Below are positions 1 through 8,942 of a stretch of 32,000 bases of DNA, piece after piece. The notes below the pieces were generated by a model, which saw only the letters and a list, made by a program, of their open reading frames with translations, had not been told where the DNA came from and searched no databases. Origin of the DNA: an uncultured archaeon (GTDB taxonomy: Archaea; Asgardarchaeota; Thorarchaeia; Thorarchaeales; Thorarchaeaceae); NCBI GenBank assembly GCA_964648855.1, contig CAZYLT010000010.1:30001-62000 (forward strand). The letters are read 5' to 3'. Position numbers and translations under genes: made by a program. The first letter of the stretch is position 1. Every line of letters begins with the position of its first letter.

Positions 1-548
1 AGCATGATTAGCATCTGCCCTATTGGTCCAGCTCCAATGATCGCAACTGTGTCCCCGAGTTCTATGTCCGCCTCTTCTATTCCATGAACTACGCAGGCAA
101 GAGGCTCTGTTAATGCTGCTTTTTCAAATGGGAGAGAATCAGGTATCTGATGAGTATTCCATCTAACAACCGCTTCGGGAACCCGGATGTATTCCGCAAA
201 TGCTCCATTTACTAGGGTATTCTTAAGTTGTTTACAGAGGTTAGGATTATTCCTCTTACAGAAAAAGCAATTTCCACAAGGCGCGGAGTTGGTTGCAACA
301 ACTCTCATCCCTGGTTCAAATTGCTCTACGCCCTCTCCAATTTCCTCAATAGTACCAGCATACTCATGACCAAACAAAGCTGGGAGCTTTCTCAGGAGCA
401 GGGGGTGTCCTCTCTTGTAAGTCTTAACATCCGTTCCACAGGTCAATGCTTTTCCGATACGAATGAGCAGTTCGCCTCTCCCAATTTCAGGAACGTCTGT
501 TTCTTCATATCGTACATCTCCTATATCGTAGTACATCGCAGCTTTCAT
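1..548 (-). CDS. Zn-dependent medium-chain dehydrogenase (sorbitol/threonine dehydrogenase-like), 3' end runs off the window
   Basis: Not in the ORF track; translated manually: MKAAMYYDIGDVRYEE...LTCGTDVK...LFGHEYAG...CGNCFFCKRNNPNLC...TEPLACVVHG...IIGAGPIG. Shows catalytic Zn C/GHE, four structural Zn Cys and Rossmann GxGxxG. Alternative in-frame ATG at 560. Confidence 0.93.
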   Translation of the reverse strand, partial: MKAAMYYDIGDVRYEETDVPEIGRGELLIRIGKALTCGTDVKTYKRGHPLLLRKLPALFGHEYAGTIEEIGEGVEQFEPGMRVVATNSAPCGNCFFCKRNNPNLCKQLKNTLVNGAFAEYIRVPEAVVRWNTHQIPDSLPFEKAALTEPLACVVHGIEEADIELGDTVAIIGAGPIGQMLIM

Positions 549-672
549 GCGCCGACCCATGGCATTCACACATAGCGAGAACGACAGTTCTGGTTTAAAT
601 GACTTGCTGGAAATCCGTATCAACCAAAATGCTTATGCTCTAATGAGAATCGCCTCATTCAGGGACCTCCGT

Positions 673-1125
673 ATGAATCTCAAGTCGAAATATCCAGAAA
701 AGATGGAGTATATTGCGAGTACTGAGTGGGATGGAATGACTGGAGGAACAGCCAGACTCAAAGATAGTGAATTAATCTTCGATACTCCAGAGGTTTACGG
801 TGGTAGAGGTCAAGGCTTGTGTCCTTATAGATTGTTCATTGCAGGTATCTTGGGCTGTATCAACAATACATTTCTTGATATCCAGCGAATGTCAAATCTA
901 GACCTCATCTCTTTCAAGCTTCACGGGAGGCTGCTGGTCCAATTCGATGGCTCAGGCTATTCCGTTTCCAAATTTGAAATCACCGGAGAAGTAGTGGTTG
1001 CTGAGGATGAGGTTTACCTCGGTGAGCGTTGCATTGAACAAGCAAAGAAATATTGTCCACTCACACGTTCAACAAAGGACTGTATACCTATCGAATACAG
1101 TATCTCAGTTCGAGAAATGAAATAA
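673..1125 (+). CDS. OsmC/Ohr family protein
   Basis: DTPEVYGGRGQGLCP..LF..ILGC and AKKYCPLTRS (the two family Cys). Start moved from 547 to ATG 673 because 547 overlaps the start of the divergent dehydrogenase. Confidence 0.85.
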   Translation: MNLKSKYPEKMEYIASTEWDGMTGGTARLKDSELIFDTPEVYGGRGQGLCPYRLFIAGILGCINNTFLDIQRMSNLDLISFKLHGRLLVQFDGSGYSVSKFEITGEVVVAEDEVYLGERCIEQAKKYCPLTRSTKDCIPIEYSISVREMK

Positions 1126-1147
1126 ACTCCTCATCTCTATTTTCAGT

Positions 1148-1636
1148 TCATTCCATGGCTTCCATTAGTTCTGAGATATGGCTCACGTACTTCTGAATAT
1201 TATCCCAATATCCGCCCTGGAAGTATACCGCATCACAATCAGAACAATACCAGAACACGTCATAGTGTTCGTAGGTCTGTTCATGCACGAATTCTCGGAT
1301 TTTGCTCTTTTCCTCCATAGATATCCTGACAAGCTCCCCATTACATTTCGAACATCTTGCCTCATCCGGATCCACTTCGGGCGAGATTCCGAATTCATGG
1401 AACACCCTCGCAATTCTATAATCCACTGGGCCTCTCACCAGCATACTCTGAACTCCTTCTTTCAATGCCCTCTCATTGAGGTTGGCATCCGAGGTGAGAA
1501 TGATTCGGTTCTCAGATGCTGCTATCTCTATGATTCTATCGTCTTCAAGATCTGTTTCGTAAATTGCATCGACACCTACAAGCCTTAACCAGAGTGCGAG
1601 TCTGCCAAGCATTGCATCGATGATGAAGCGGCTCAT
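1148..1636 (-). CDS. Mut7-C RNase (PIN-like, DUF82) domain protein with Zn ribbon
   Basis: RFIIDAMLGRLALWLRLVGVD, RIILTSD, RCSKCNG, WYCSDCDAVYFQG. ATG 1636 preferred; GTG 1648 possible. Confidence 0.9.
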   Translation of the reverse strand: MSRFIIDAMLGRLALWLRLVGVDAIYETDLEDDRIIEIAASENRIILTSDANLNERALKEGVQSMLVRGPVDYRIARVFHEFGISPEVDPDEARCSKCNGELVRISMEEKSKIREFVHEQTYEHYDVFWYCSDCDAVYFQGGYWDNIQKYVSHISELMEAME

Positions 1637-1644
1637 GACGAATC

Positions 1645-2502
1645 TCACCCGCTTTTTCTTATTCGTTCAGCTGCCTCATGTAACTCATCAATGACCGAAA
1701 GAGGCACCGTGACATCTCCTATTTGGCCGTGGGAGGGTTCCCCATGTGCGTCACTTCCACCAGTAACTATCAAATCCAGGCCTTTTGTGGCGGTCCTTAC
1801 ATCTTCGCTTGTGCCTTCCATATTAAGGTGACCATAGTCATATTCTATTTCAACCCCCTCGAGTCCGATTTCCGATAGTTCAATGAGGAGTTCTCTGAGA
1901 TCCGTATTTGGAATAGTAAGCGGATGAGCGAGTACTGGTACAGCTCCCTCCATTCTCAAGAGTAGTATTGCCCTCTTCGTATCCATCCTCTCTTTCATCA
2001 CATACGCGGGTTTTCCCGCTCCCAATATCTTGCTAAATGCCTCCTCTACCGAATCTACCACCCCCTTCTCAACGAGAAGTCTGGCGATATGGGGCCTCCC
2101 CGGGCTCGACGCATTTCCAACGGCATCTTGAACCTCGGCGTGATTTATGTCGTAACCAAGGTGCTGCAGCTTATCGATTATTTTTGGAATCCTTCTCTGC
2201 CTTGCTGTTGCAAGGTTATGTAATTCCCTAAGGAGTTTCACGGGTTTCTCTGGAATATAATACCCTAATACATGAGCCTCGCGGCCGTCTGTTTCAGTGC
2301 TAATCTCCACACCAGGAACTCGCTTCAACGAGTTTGATGCTTCCGCGGTCATGAATTCGCTGAGGCCGTCAAGAGTATCGTGATCAGTCAAAGCGATAGC
2401 CGCTAATGCAATCTTCTCAGCGCTTCTGACGATCTCAGTTGGGCTTTGAACTCCGTCTGAATAACTCGAATGCAGATGCAAATCTGCCCTATCTCTCAGC
2501 AT
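1645..2502 (-). CDS. PHP-domain phosphoesterase (TrpH/YciV-like)
   Basis: DLHLHSSYSDG, ALTDHDT, GVEIS, HVLGY, GRPHIA, VLAHP, TGGSDAHG. Start ATG 2502 or GTG 2514. Confidence 0.93.
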   Translation of the reverse strand: MLRDRADLHLHSSYSDGVQSPTEIVRSAEKIALAAIALTDHDTLDGLSEFMTAEASNSLKRVPGVEISTETDGREAHVLGYYIPEKPVKLLRELHNLATARQRRIPKIIDKLQHLGYDINHAEVQDAVGNASSPGRPHIARLLVEKGVVDSVEEAFSKILGAGKPAYVMKERMDTKRAILLLRMEGAVPVLAHPLTIPNTDLRELLIELSEIGLEGVEIEYDYGHLNMEGTSEDVRTATKGLDLIVTGGSDAHGEPSHGQIGDVTVPLSVIDELHEAAERIRKSG

Positions 2503-2917
2503 TCCTTGCCTCACTCACTAATGTTTCTACTAGTCGTTTTACAACTGCGCAGATTGAATCGATCTCGGGTTGTGATATTGTTGAGCCAGAGGGGCACTCA
2601 TCGTCCACAACACATTTGTCCAAAGCCATATCATAGACAATTGGGTAATGTCTACAGCCTTCGGGTCTGTGATGATAGATCGTACAGCTTGCGGATTTGA
2701 CATCATAGAAGTAACAACAACCATCAATATTTCGAAGCTCTGCAAATCCGTCCTCTGCAATTCTTATGAAATCATCAGGATCATATCCCAATCTCCTAAT
2801 CCGGTTAACATCCGCCATTGTCAAAGTCATCTCTGTGTTTATGCAACAAAGCCTGACCCTGTCACATGACTTATCATGATTGCATCGAAAAGGGCTCAGA
2901 TTGTCAAACCTCCACAT
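2489..2917 (-). CDS. YkgJ/UPF0153 cysteine-cluster (putative Zn or Fe-S) protein
   Basis: C..CC.NTEMTLT, GCCYFYD, CTIYHHRPEGCRHYP, CVVDDECP. Confidence 0.85.
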   Translation of the reverse strand: MWRFDNLSPFRCNHDKSCDRVRLCCINTEMTLTMADVNRIRRLGYDPDDFIRIAEDGFAELRNIDGCCYFYDVKSASCTIYHHRPEGCRHYPIVYDMALDKCVVDDECPSGSTISQPEIDSICAVVKRLVETLVSEARNAER

Positions 2918-3047
2918 ATTCTAGCAGAATGCATTCCCCCTTTGATTTCACAAACTACGGTCAGATTGCGGTTTATCGGTCATCACGCTGATGAGGCGTA
3001 TTTTCCCTTCTACTGCTGTCATCATCCCGTGCTGAGAGTCATAGGCC

Positions 3048-3293
3048 CTATTCTAGGGTACCCCTTCTTAGTCTTCTTGCTGGAGAGAGTTTATGCAAGT
3101 TGTCGAGGTCTTTCTGATTGCGGGACAAACTGCTGCTGTCATAAGATGTCAACTGTCGTCCTGTTATTTTCGTGAAGAGCCTATTCCTGAGAAAATCAAC
3201 TTGGGCCTTCAGATTCGATTTCTCAGTCATAGCTCCTGTCGCTGTTGTTCTATTTATGCCAAATAATTCTAGGAATCGATTGATGATGTCCAT
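3048..3293 (-). CDS. small hypothetical protein (81 aa)
   Basis: ATG-started ORF filling an otherwise empty ~530-nt gap, same strand as the downstream genes; no recognisable motif. Confidence 0.45.
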   Translation of the reverse strand: MDIINRFLELFGINRTTATGAMTEKSNLKAQVDFLRNRLFTKITGRQLTSYDSSSLSRNQKDLDNLHKLSPARRLRRGTLE

Positions 3294-3450
3294 ATCTATG
3301 GCCCAACTGGACCTTGTTTATTGCCAACAAAAGGTTTTGCAATGGTGCTATAGTTGCTGTATTAGAACTAACAAAGGAATCATCTAGCCAAATCGCTATA
3401 AAGCGGAGAGAGCTCTTCCTCTTTGAACAAGTATTGGTGTTGACCCCAGA

Positions 3451-5265
3451 ATGCGTATCTCTGTTATTGACCGTGACCGATGCAGACCAACCGACTGCAA
3501 TCATGAATGCAGACGATTCTGCCCCAGAGTTAGAACTGGGGATGAAACAGTCATATTTCCAGATGGACCAGACAAACCTCCAATTATCGTGGAGGAGCTC
3601 TGTTCTGGTGCAGGGATGTGTGTAAAGAAATGTCCTTTCCACGTCATAACCGTTGTGAATCTGCCTGAGAAACTGGAAACTGACGGTACGCACCGTTTTG
3701 GTGTTAACGGCTTCGAGCTATTCAGGATGCCCATTCCCAAGGAAGGAAAAGTCTTAGGTCTAATCGGACCAAACGGCGTTGGAAAGACAACTGCAATCCA
3801 AATACTAGCCGGCGAGTTAAAGCCAAATCTCGGACGAATTGATGCCCCTCCCGATTGGGATGAGATCATCCACCAGTACAGAGGCTCCGAGCTTCAGCCC
3901 TTTTTCGAAAGAATCAGGTCAAATGAAATCACTCCAATCCACAAACCTCAGACCATAACCGACCTTCCTAAAATGAAGTCGATTGCAGACCAACCAATCC
4001 ATGAATTGCTTGAGAATGCTGACTCGTCCGGACGATTGACCGAGCTTAAAACAAGCATGAACCTGACAGATATCTGGGAGCGTCCCATCAAGGTTCTAAG
4101 TGGTGGGGAATTACAGAGAGTTGCCATTACTGCAGCAATTGTACGAGACGGAGACGTGTACTTTTTTGATGAACCGACCGCATATCTTGATGTGCGAGAA
4201 CGGCTTCGTGTCGGCAGAGCTATCAGAGAACTCTCAGACATGGGCAAAACAGTAGTCGTGGTCGAACACGACCTCTCTATCCTAGATTATGTTTCAGATT
4301 TAATCTGCATGTTCTATGGTGATCCAGGTGTATACGGAATCGTTTCGCATCCACATGGAACAAGGGTTGGCATCAACATATTCCTCGATGGATATATTCC
4401 AGACGAAAATATGCGCTTCCGCGACACATCCATTTCTTTCAAGGGCATGACTGCGCAAGATGATACGTTTGCTGGAGCACGAACTTTGCTTGAATATGAA
4501 GATATGAAGAAGGAGTTTGAAGACTTCGAACTAGAAGTTCAAGGTGGCAGCGTGAAGAAAGGCCAGATTGTAGGGATCTTGGGGCCGAATGGTATAGGGA
4601 AGACAACTTTTGTTAAGATGCTTGCAGGTATATTAGAGCCAGATGCAGGGGAAATTCCCACTCAAACCGCTGCAGGGTTTGAACTAAAGGTAAGTTATAA
4701 GCCTCAATATATCGAACAGGACTACTCCGGCACCGTCAGGATGTATTTGCGTGAGGCTGGTGGTAACACAGTAGACACTGCGGATTTCAAAACATCAGTT
4801 ATTCGCAAACTTGGCTTGGAACACCTGATTGACCATGGTGTTACGGATTTGAGTGGTGGAGAATTGCAGCGAGCAGCTATTGCAGCATGCCTCGCAAGGG
4901 ACGCAGACATTTATCTTCTTGACGAGCCTTCAGCTTTCTTGGATATCGAACAGAGACTAGCCGTTTCACGTGCTATTCGCAAACTTGTCCAAGACAAATT
5001 GAGAACTGCATTTGTTGTAGAACACTCAATCCTCATGGCTGACTATCTCAGCGATAGTATGGTTGTGTTTGATGGAATTCCCGGAAAGAAAGGGAGAGCA
5101 TCTCAGGTCCTTACCCTGAGGAAGGGCATGAATGCATTTTTGTCCCAGATGGGTGTCACATTCAGGAGAGACCCTCAGACTGGACGCCCCCGGGTCAACA
5201 AAGAGGGGTCTCAACTGGATCAACAACAAAAGGCAGCCAACGAATACTACTACGTAGGGAAATAG
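3451..5265 (+). CDS. rli: ribosome recycling ATPase ABCE1/RLI1
   Basis: N-terminal Fe-S domain (CRPTDCNHECRRFCP...LCSGAGMCVKKCPF), two NBDs (GPNGVGKTT, GPNGIGKTT; LSGGELQR twice), C-terminal TFRRDPQTGRPRVNK. Confidence 0.98.
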   Translation: MRISVIDRDRCRPTDCNHECRRFCPRVRTGDETVIFPDGPDKPPIIVEELCSGAGMCVKKCPFHVITVVNLPEKLETDGTHRFGVNGFELFRMPIPKEGKVLGLIGPNGVGKTTAIQILAGELKPNLGRIDAPPDWDEIIHQYRGSELQPFFERIRSNEITPIHKPQTITDLPKMKSIADQPIHELLENADSSGRLTELKTSMNLTDIWERPIKVLSGGELQRVAITAAIVRDGDVYFFDEPTAYLDVRERLRVGRAIRELSDMGKTVVVVEHDLSILDYVSDLICMFYGDPGVYGIVSHPHGTRVGINIFLDGYIPDENMRFRDTSISFKGMTAQDDTFAGARTLLEYEDMKKEFEDFELEVQGGSVKKGQIVGILGPNGIGKTTFVKMLAGILEPDAGEIPTQTAAGFELKVSYKPQYIEQDYSGTVRMYLREAGGNTVDTADFKTSVIRKLGLEHLIDHGVTDLSGGELQRAAIAACLARDADIYLLDEPSAFLDIEQRLAVSRAIRKLVQDKLRTAFVVEHSILMADYLSDSMVVFDGIPGKKGRASQVLTLRKGMNAFLSQMGVTFRRDPQTGRPRVNKEGSQLDQQQKAANEYYYVGK

Positions 5266-5276
5266 GGTAGAAATCT

Positions 5277-6104
5277 CTAGAGACCGCGCATCCAGTATTT
5301 TTTGCCTTTGTTGTCTCTGTCTTCGTCCATCTCGTGCAGAATCTTGACAGCTTCATTCCCACACTTGATAACGTCTTTTTCGCCCTTCACTTCAAATTCG
5401 TTTCTCACACGATTAGCATAGACTGCACATACAGCTCCAGTCCTGAATCCGTAGATGTTGCCAAGGGTAAAGAGTGTAGCAGCCTCCATTTCGAAATTCG
5501 CAACGTTTGCTTTAGTCAAGTTCTCAATGAGTTGCTCACTGAAACTCTGAGTATACCCGCCAAAACCGGGACGTGACTGCCCTAGGTAGAATGAATCCGT
5601 GGATGCAGATATGCCAAGATGATACGTGGTACCCAATGACTCCGCCGCTTCAATCAGGGCTAGTATGAATTCGTACGATGGAGTTGCTGGATATTCCAGT
5701 CTGACATATTGCTTGCTTGTCCCCTCTAATCGAACTGCTCCTGTAGAGATGATCAAGTCACCTATTTCGATGTCTGGTTTGAGTGTGGCTGTAGATCCAA
5801 CTCTGAGAAAATTGCGAGCACCCACATTGGCAAGTTCTTCAATCACGATTGCTGTTCCTGGTCCTCCAATCCCTGTCGAACATGCGGAGATTGGAGCATT
5901 CTTGTATTTGCCAGTATGAGTGACGAATTGTCTATGTCTTGCAACTTCTGAGAATGAGTCCCATTGCGAACTTATCTTCTCAACCCGTCCTGGGTCGCCG
6001 GGAACAATGACTGTCGAAGCCACATCTCCCTCTTTGACCTCAAGGTGGTATTGCTCTCTTTCCTGATTGACTGGTCTATCTGCAGATACTCTCTTTTCAG
6101 GCAT
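5277..6104 (-). CDS. udp: uridine phosphorylase
   Basis: QYHL, PGDPGRV, STGIGGP, RVGST, AVRLEGTS, DSFYLGQSR, NFEMEAA. Start ATG 6104 or 6125. Confidence 0.9.
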   Translation of the reverse strand: MPEKRVSADRPVNQEREQYHLEVKEGDVASTVIVPGDPGRVEKISSQWDSFSEVARHRQFVTHTGKYKNAPISACSTGIGGPGTAIVIEELANVGARNFLRVGSTATLKPDIEIGDLIISTGAVRLEGTSKQYVRLEYPATPSYEFILALIEAAESLGTTYHLGISASTDSFYLGQSRPGFGGYTQSFSEQLIENLTKANVANFEMEAATLFTLGNIYGFRTGAVCAVYANRVRNEFEVKGEKDVIKCGNEAVKILHEMDEDRDNKGKKYWMRGL

Positions 6105-6229
6105 TTCTCTCACTAAATGTCCCATTGTAGTACTGCAATTTGTGGTTTTTGTATCAAAATTGGAGTCTGTTTCTACTGTCTAATAATTCATAAGGAGCTT
6201 AAGCAGATGCTCTCTGTAGGTAAGATAAC

Positions 6230-7123
6230 ATGACGGACGTTCTGGATGAAATGGAGCAGCTAAATCTTGGCAAACGGGTTCGACTACACAGGTTGATGTA
6301 TGAACATGGACCGGGGAATGGGCATCTTCTCATTCTTCCAGTTGACCAAGGAATGGAACATGGTCCGGTGGACTTCTTTCCTAATCCTGTTTCTGAGGAC
6401 CCAGACTTTCAATTTAGTCTGGCAAAGGAAGGTGGATTTTCTGGAATAGCACTCCACTTGGGCCTGGCTGAGAAATATGCGAAGAAGTACGCGGGAAGTG
6501 TCCCCATTGTTTTGAAGATAAATGGCAAAACAAAAATTCCTCCTGATGATAATGCCTTGTCGCCGATGACAGGCTCGGTTGAAGATGCTGTGAGAATTGG
6601 TGCTGATGCTATTGGATATACATTGTACGTTGGGAGCCCCAATCAGATTGCAGACTTCACACAATTTAGACAGGTGAAGAAAGATGCTGAGAGATATGGC
6701 ATGCCAATTATCGTGTGGTCTTATCCCAGAGGCTCAGCGATAGCCAAGAAGGGCGGCCGTAACTCACTCTATGCAGTCGATTATGCAGCTAGAGTCGCAA
6801 ATGAGTTAGGGGCGGACGTTGTCAAGCTAAATGTCCCTGAAGATGACGCGGAAACCCGAGGTGGTCAACCTGCTCCTTACGATAGTTTGCAGCTAAATTA
6901 CGAAGAACGTGTTAGGAAGGTCATCAAATCAGCAGGACGTACAAAGGTGCTCTTCTCCGGCGGAAGCAAGATTAGTGATGAGGACCTATTGCATCGCGCG
7001 AGAGTCTGTCTTGAGCAGGGCGCTACAGGTTTGATATTCGGTCGTAATGTATGGCAAAGAGAGTGGGAAGATGCGCTTGATATTACGAATAGATTGAAAC
7101 AACTAATGCTGGAGATTAAATAA
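6230..7123 (+). CDS. fba: class I (DhnA-type) fructose-bisphosphate aldolase
   Basis: LPVDQGMEHGP, VLKING, WSYPRG, ELGADVVKL (Schiff-base Lys), FSGGSK, GLIFGRNVWQR. Confidence 0.9.
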   Translation: MTDVLDEMEQLNLGKRVRLHRLMYEHGPGNGHLLILPVDQGMEHGPVDFFPNPVSEDPDFQFSLAKEGGFSGIALHLGLAEKYAKKYAGSVPIVLKINGKTKIPPDDNALSPMTGSVEDAVRIGADAIGYTLYVGSPNQIADFTQFRQVKKDAERYGMPIIVWSYPRGSAIAKKGGRNSLYAVDYAARVANELGADVVKLNVPEDDAETRGGQPAPYDSLQLNYEERVRKVIKSAGRTKVLFSGGSKISDEDLLHRARVCLEQGATGLIFGRNVWQREWEDALDITNRLKQLMLEIK

Positions 7124-7294
7124 AACCACGTTGAAAGAATGCCGACACTATTATATAGCTGTATAATATCCCTGCCAACTTAGGGGCCTCTGACATCTTC
7201 AGGAGCCGAAACTTCTATTAGCTTCCTCCGGTGTCCGCGCTTGTAAGAGAGCGAGAAGAGGCTCTCAACGGAAAAGGATTGGAGCAATTATAAA

Positions 7295-8446
7295 ATGGTT
7301 GAAACTACAATCAGCGTTATCAAGGCAGACATTGGTTCTCTAGCTGGACATGTTATTGTTCCCGATTTCATTTTGGAATTCGCTCGAAAGGAAATGAAAG
7401 AAGCAGCCAAGAAGAAAATCGTTAATGATTTTTATGTCACTCACGCTGGTGACGATCTTGAATTAATCATGACCCACTTCAAGGGTGAAGATAACGAAGA
7501 GATTCATGAGCTTGCATGGGACACATTCATGAAATGTGCAGATTTGGGACGAGAGCATAAGATCTATGCCGCAGGGCAAGACCTGCTCTCAGATACTTTC
7601 AGCGGAAATGTCAAGGGCATGGGCCCTGGATCTGCTGAAATGACTATTACTGAGAGGAAGTCGGAGCCTATTGCCGTTTTCATGGCTGACAAGACAGACC
7701 CCGGCGCTTTCAATTTTCCACTGTTTAAGATGTTTGCAGACCCATTCAACACAGCAGGCCTAGTAATCGACCCGAATCTTCACGAGGGATTCACATTCAT
7801 CATCCAAGATATCAAGAAGGAGATTCCCTGTTACATTGAAATGAAGTGTCCCAAAGAGATGTATGACGTGATGGCGCTGTTGGGAAGTACCAGCAGATAC
7901 ACCATTAAGAAAGTCTACAGAAACGACGGCCTAGTATGTGGAGCGGTAAGCACCGATAAATTACACATGGTAGCCGGAAAATATGTTGGCAAAGACGATC
8001 CTGTAGCCATAATACGTGCCCACTCCGGGCTTCCTGCCATGGGCGAAGTCCTAGAAGCATTCACACTCCCACATCTCGTGGCTGGTTGGATGAGAGGCTC
8101 TCATGTTGGTCCTTTGATGCCTGTTGCAATCAAAGACTCACGTTGCACACGCTTTGATGGTCCGCCAAGAGTTCTTGGTCTTGGTTTCCAGGTTTGCAAT
8201 GGGGACCTAGTCGGACCTGTTGACTTGTTTGAGGATGTCGCTTTTGATATCACGCGGCAGCGTGCTATGGAGATAGCTGATTATCTTAGACGCATTGGGC
8301 CTTTCGAACCAGGGCACAGACTTGAAGAAACATCAATGGAGTATACTACTCTTCCACGTGTCTTGGACAAATGCGCCACTAGATTCTCGGAAGAAGAAAT
8401 AGTTCCAGAAGATAAGAGCAACGATACATCTGGTTCAGCCGAATAG
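7295..8446 (+). CDS. fbp: bifunctional fructose-1,6-bisphosphate aldolase/phosphatase (class V FBPase)
   Basis: SVIKADIGS..GH, GDD, YAAGQDLL.D.FSGN.KG.GPG, GKYVGKDDP, GWMRGSH, RFDGPP, GPFEP, MEYTT. Confidence 0.98.
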   Translation: MVETTISVIKADIGSLAGHVIVPDFILEFARKEMKEAAKKKIVNDFYVTHAGDDLELIMTHFKGEDNEEIHELAWDTFMKCADLGREHKIYAAGQDLLSDTFSGNVKGMGPGSAEMTITERKSEPIAVFMADKTDPGAFNFPLFKMFADPFNTAGLVIDPNLHEGFTFIIQDIKKEIPCYIEMKCPKEMYDVMALLGSTSRYTIKKVYRNDGLVCGAVSTDKLHMVAGKYVGKDDPVAIIRAHSGLPAMGEVLEAFTLPHLVAGWMRGSHVGPLMPVAIKDSRCTRFDGPPRVLGLGFQVCNGDLVGPVDLFEDVAFDITRQRAMEIADYLRRIGPFEPGHRLEETSMEYTTLPRVLDKCATRFSEEEIVPEDKSNDTSGSAE

Positions 8447-8460
8447 AAATCGTAGAAGAA

Positions 8461-8483
8461 AGGTGGGACATTTTTGTCCCCCC
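8461..8483. terminator. hairpin between convergent fbp and parvulin genes
   Basis: AGG-T-GGGACA-tttt-TGTCCC-C-CCT, 14 nt after the fbp stop. Confidence 0.5.
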
Positions 8484-8520
8484 TCCTTACGTATTCTAAT
8501 GAAGGCCGTTAGATGGCACT

Positions 8521-8805
8521 CTAACCGGTTCTCTTTATGACATGATACCCAAACTTTGTCTTTACGGGTTCATGAGTCATTTGTCCTACATTCATATCGT
8601 AGACTGATTTCTCAAATTCCTTGACCATCTGACCACGTCCAAACCAACCTAGGTCCCCACCCTTTTTTCTAGACGGGCACTCACTATGTTGTTTTGCCAT
8701 GGTTTCGAATTTTTCGCCCTCTTGTATTTTCTTGATGATATCAAGTGCTTTGCTGTGTTTGTTGACTAGTATGTGACTAGCTCGAACTTTTCCACCTTTT
8801 CCCAA
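8521..8805 (-). CDS. single-domain parvulin peptidyl-prolyl isomerase
   Basis: VRASHILV, HSECPS..KGGDLGWF.RGQMVKEFE, PVKTKFGYHVI. TTG 8805 follows an AGGTGA RBS (track start is GTG 8814). Confidence 0.95.
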   Translation of the reverse strand: MGKGGKVRASHILVNKHSKALDIIKKIQEGEKFETMAKQHSECPSRKKGGDLGWFGRGQMVKEFEKSVYDMNVGQMTHEPVKTKFGYHVIKRTG

Positions 8806-8942
8806 AATTTTCACCTAACTTGGTCACAAATCAATTGGTTTTATCTTTGGTGAAAGCTGAAATGCCATGTCTGACTTTTTGCTGCTAAGTGGAAGGCTTT
8901 ATTGTCATTGTACACCTATTGGATGTAGACTGAGGCATAGAA

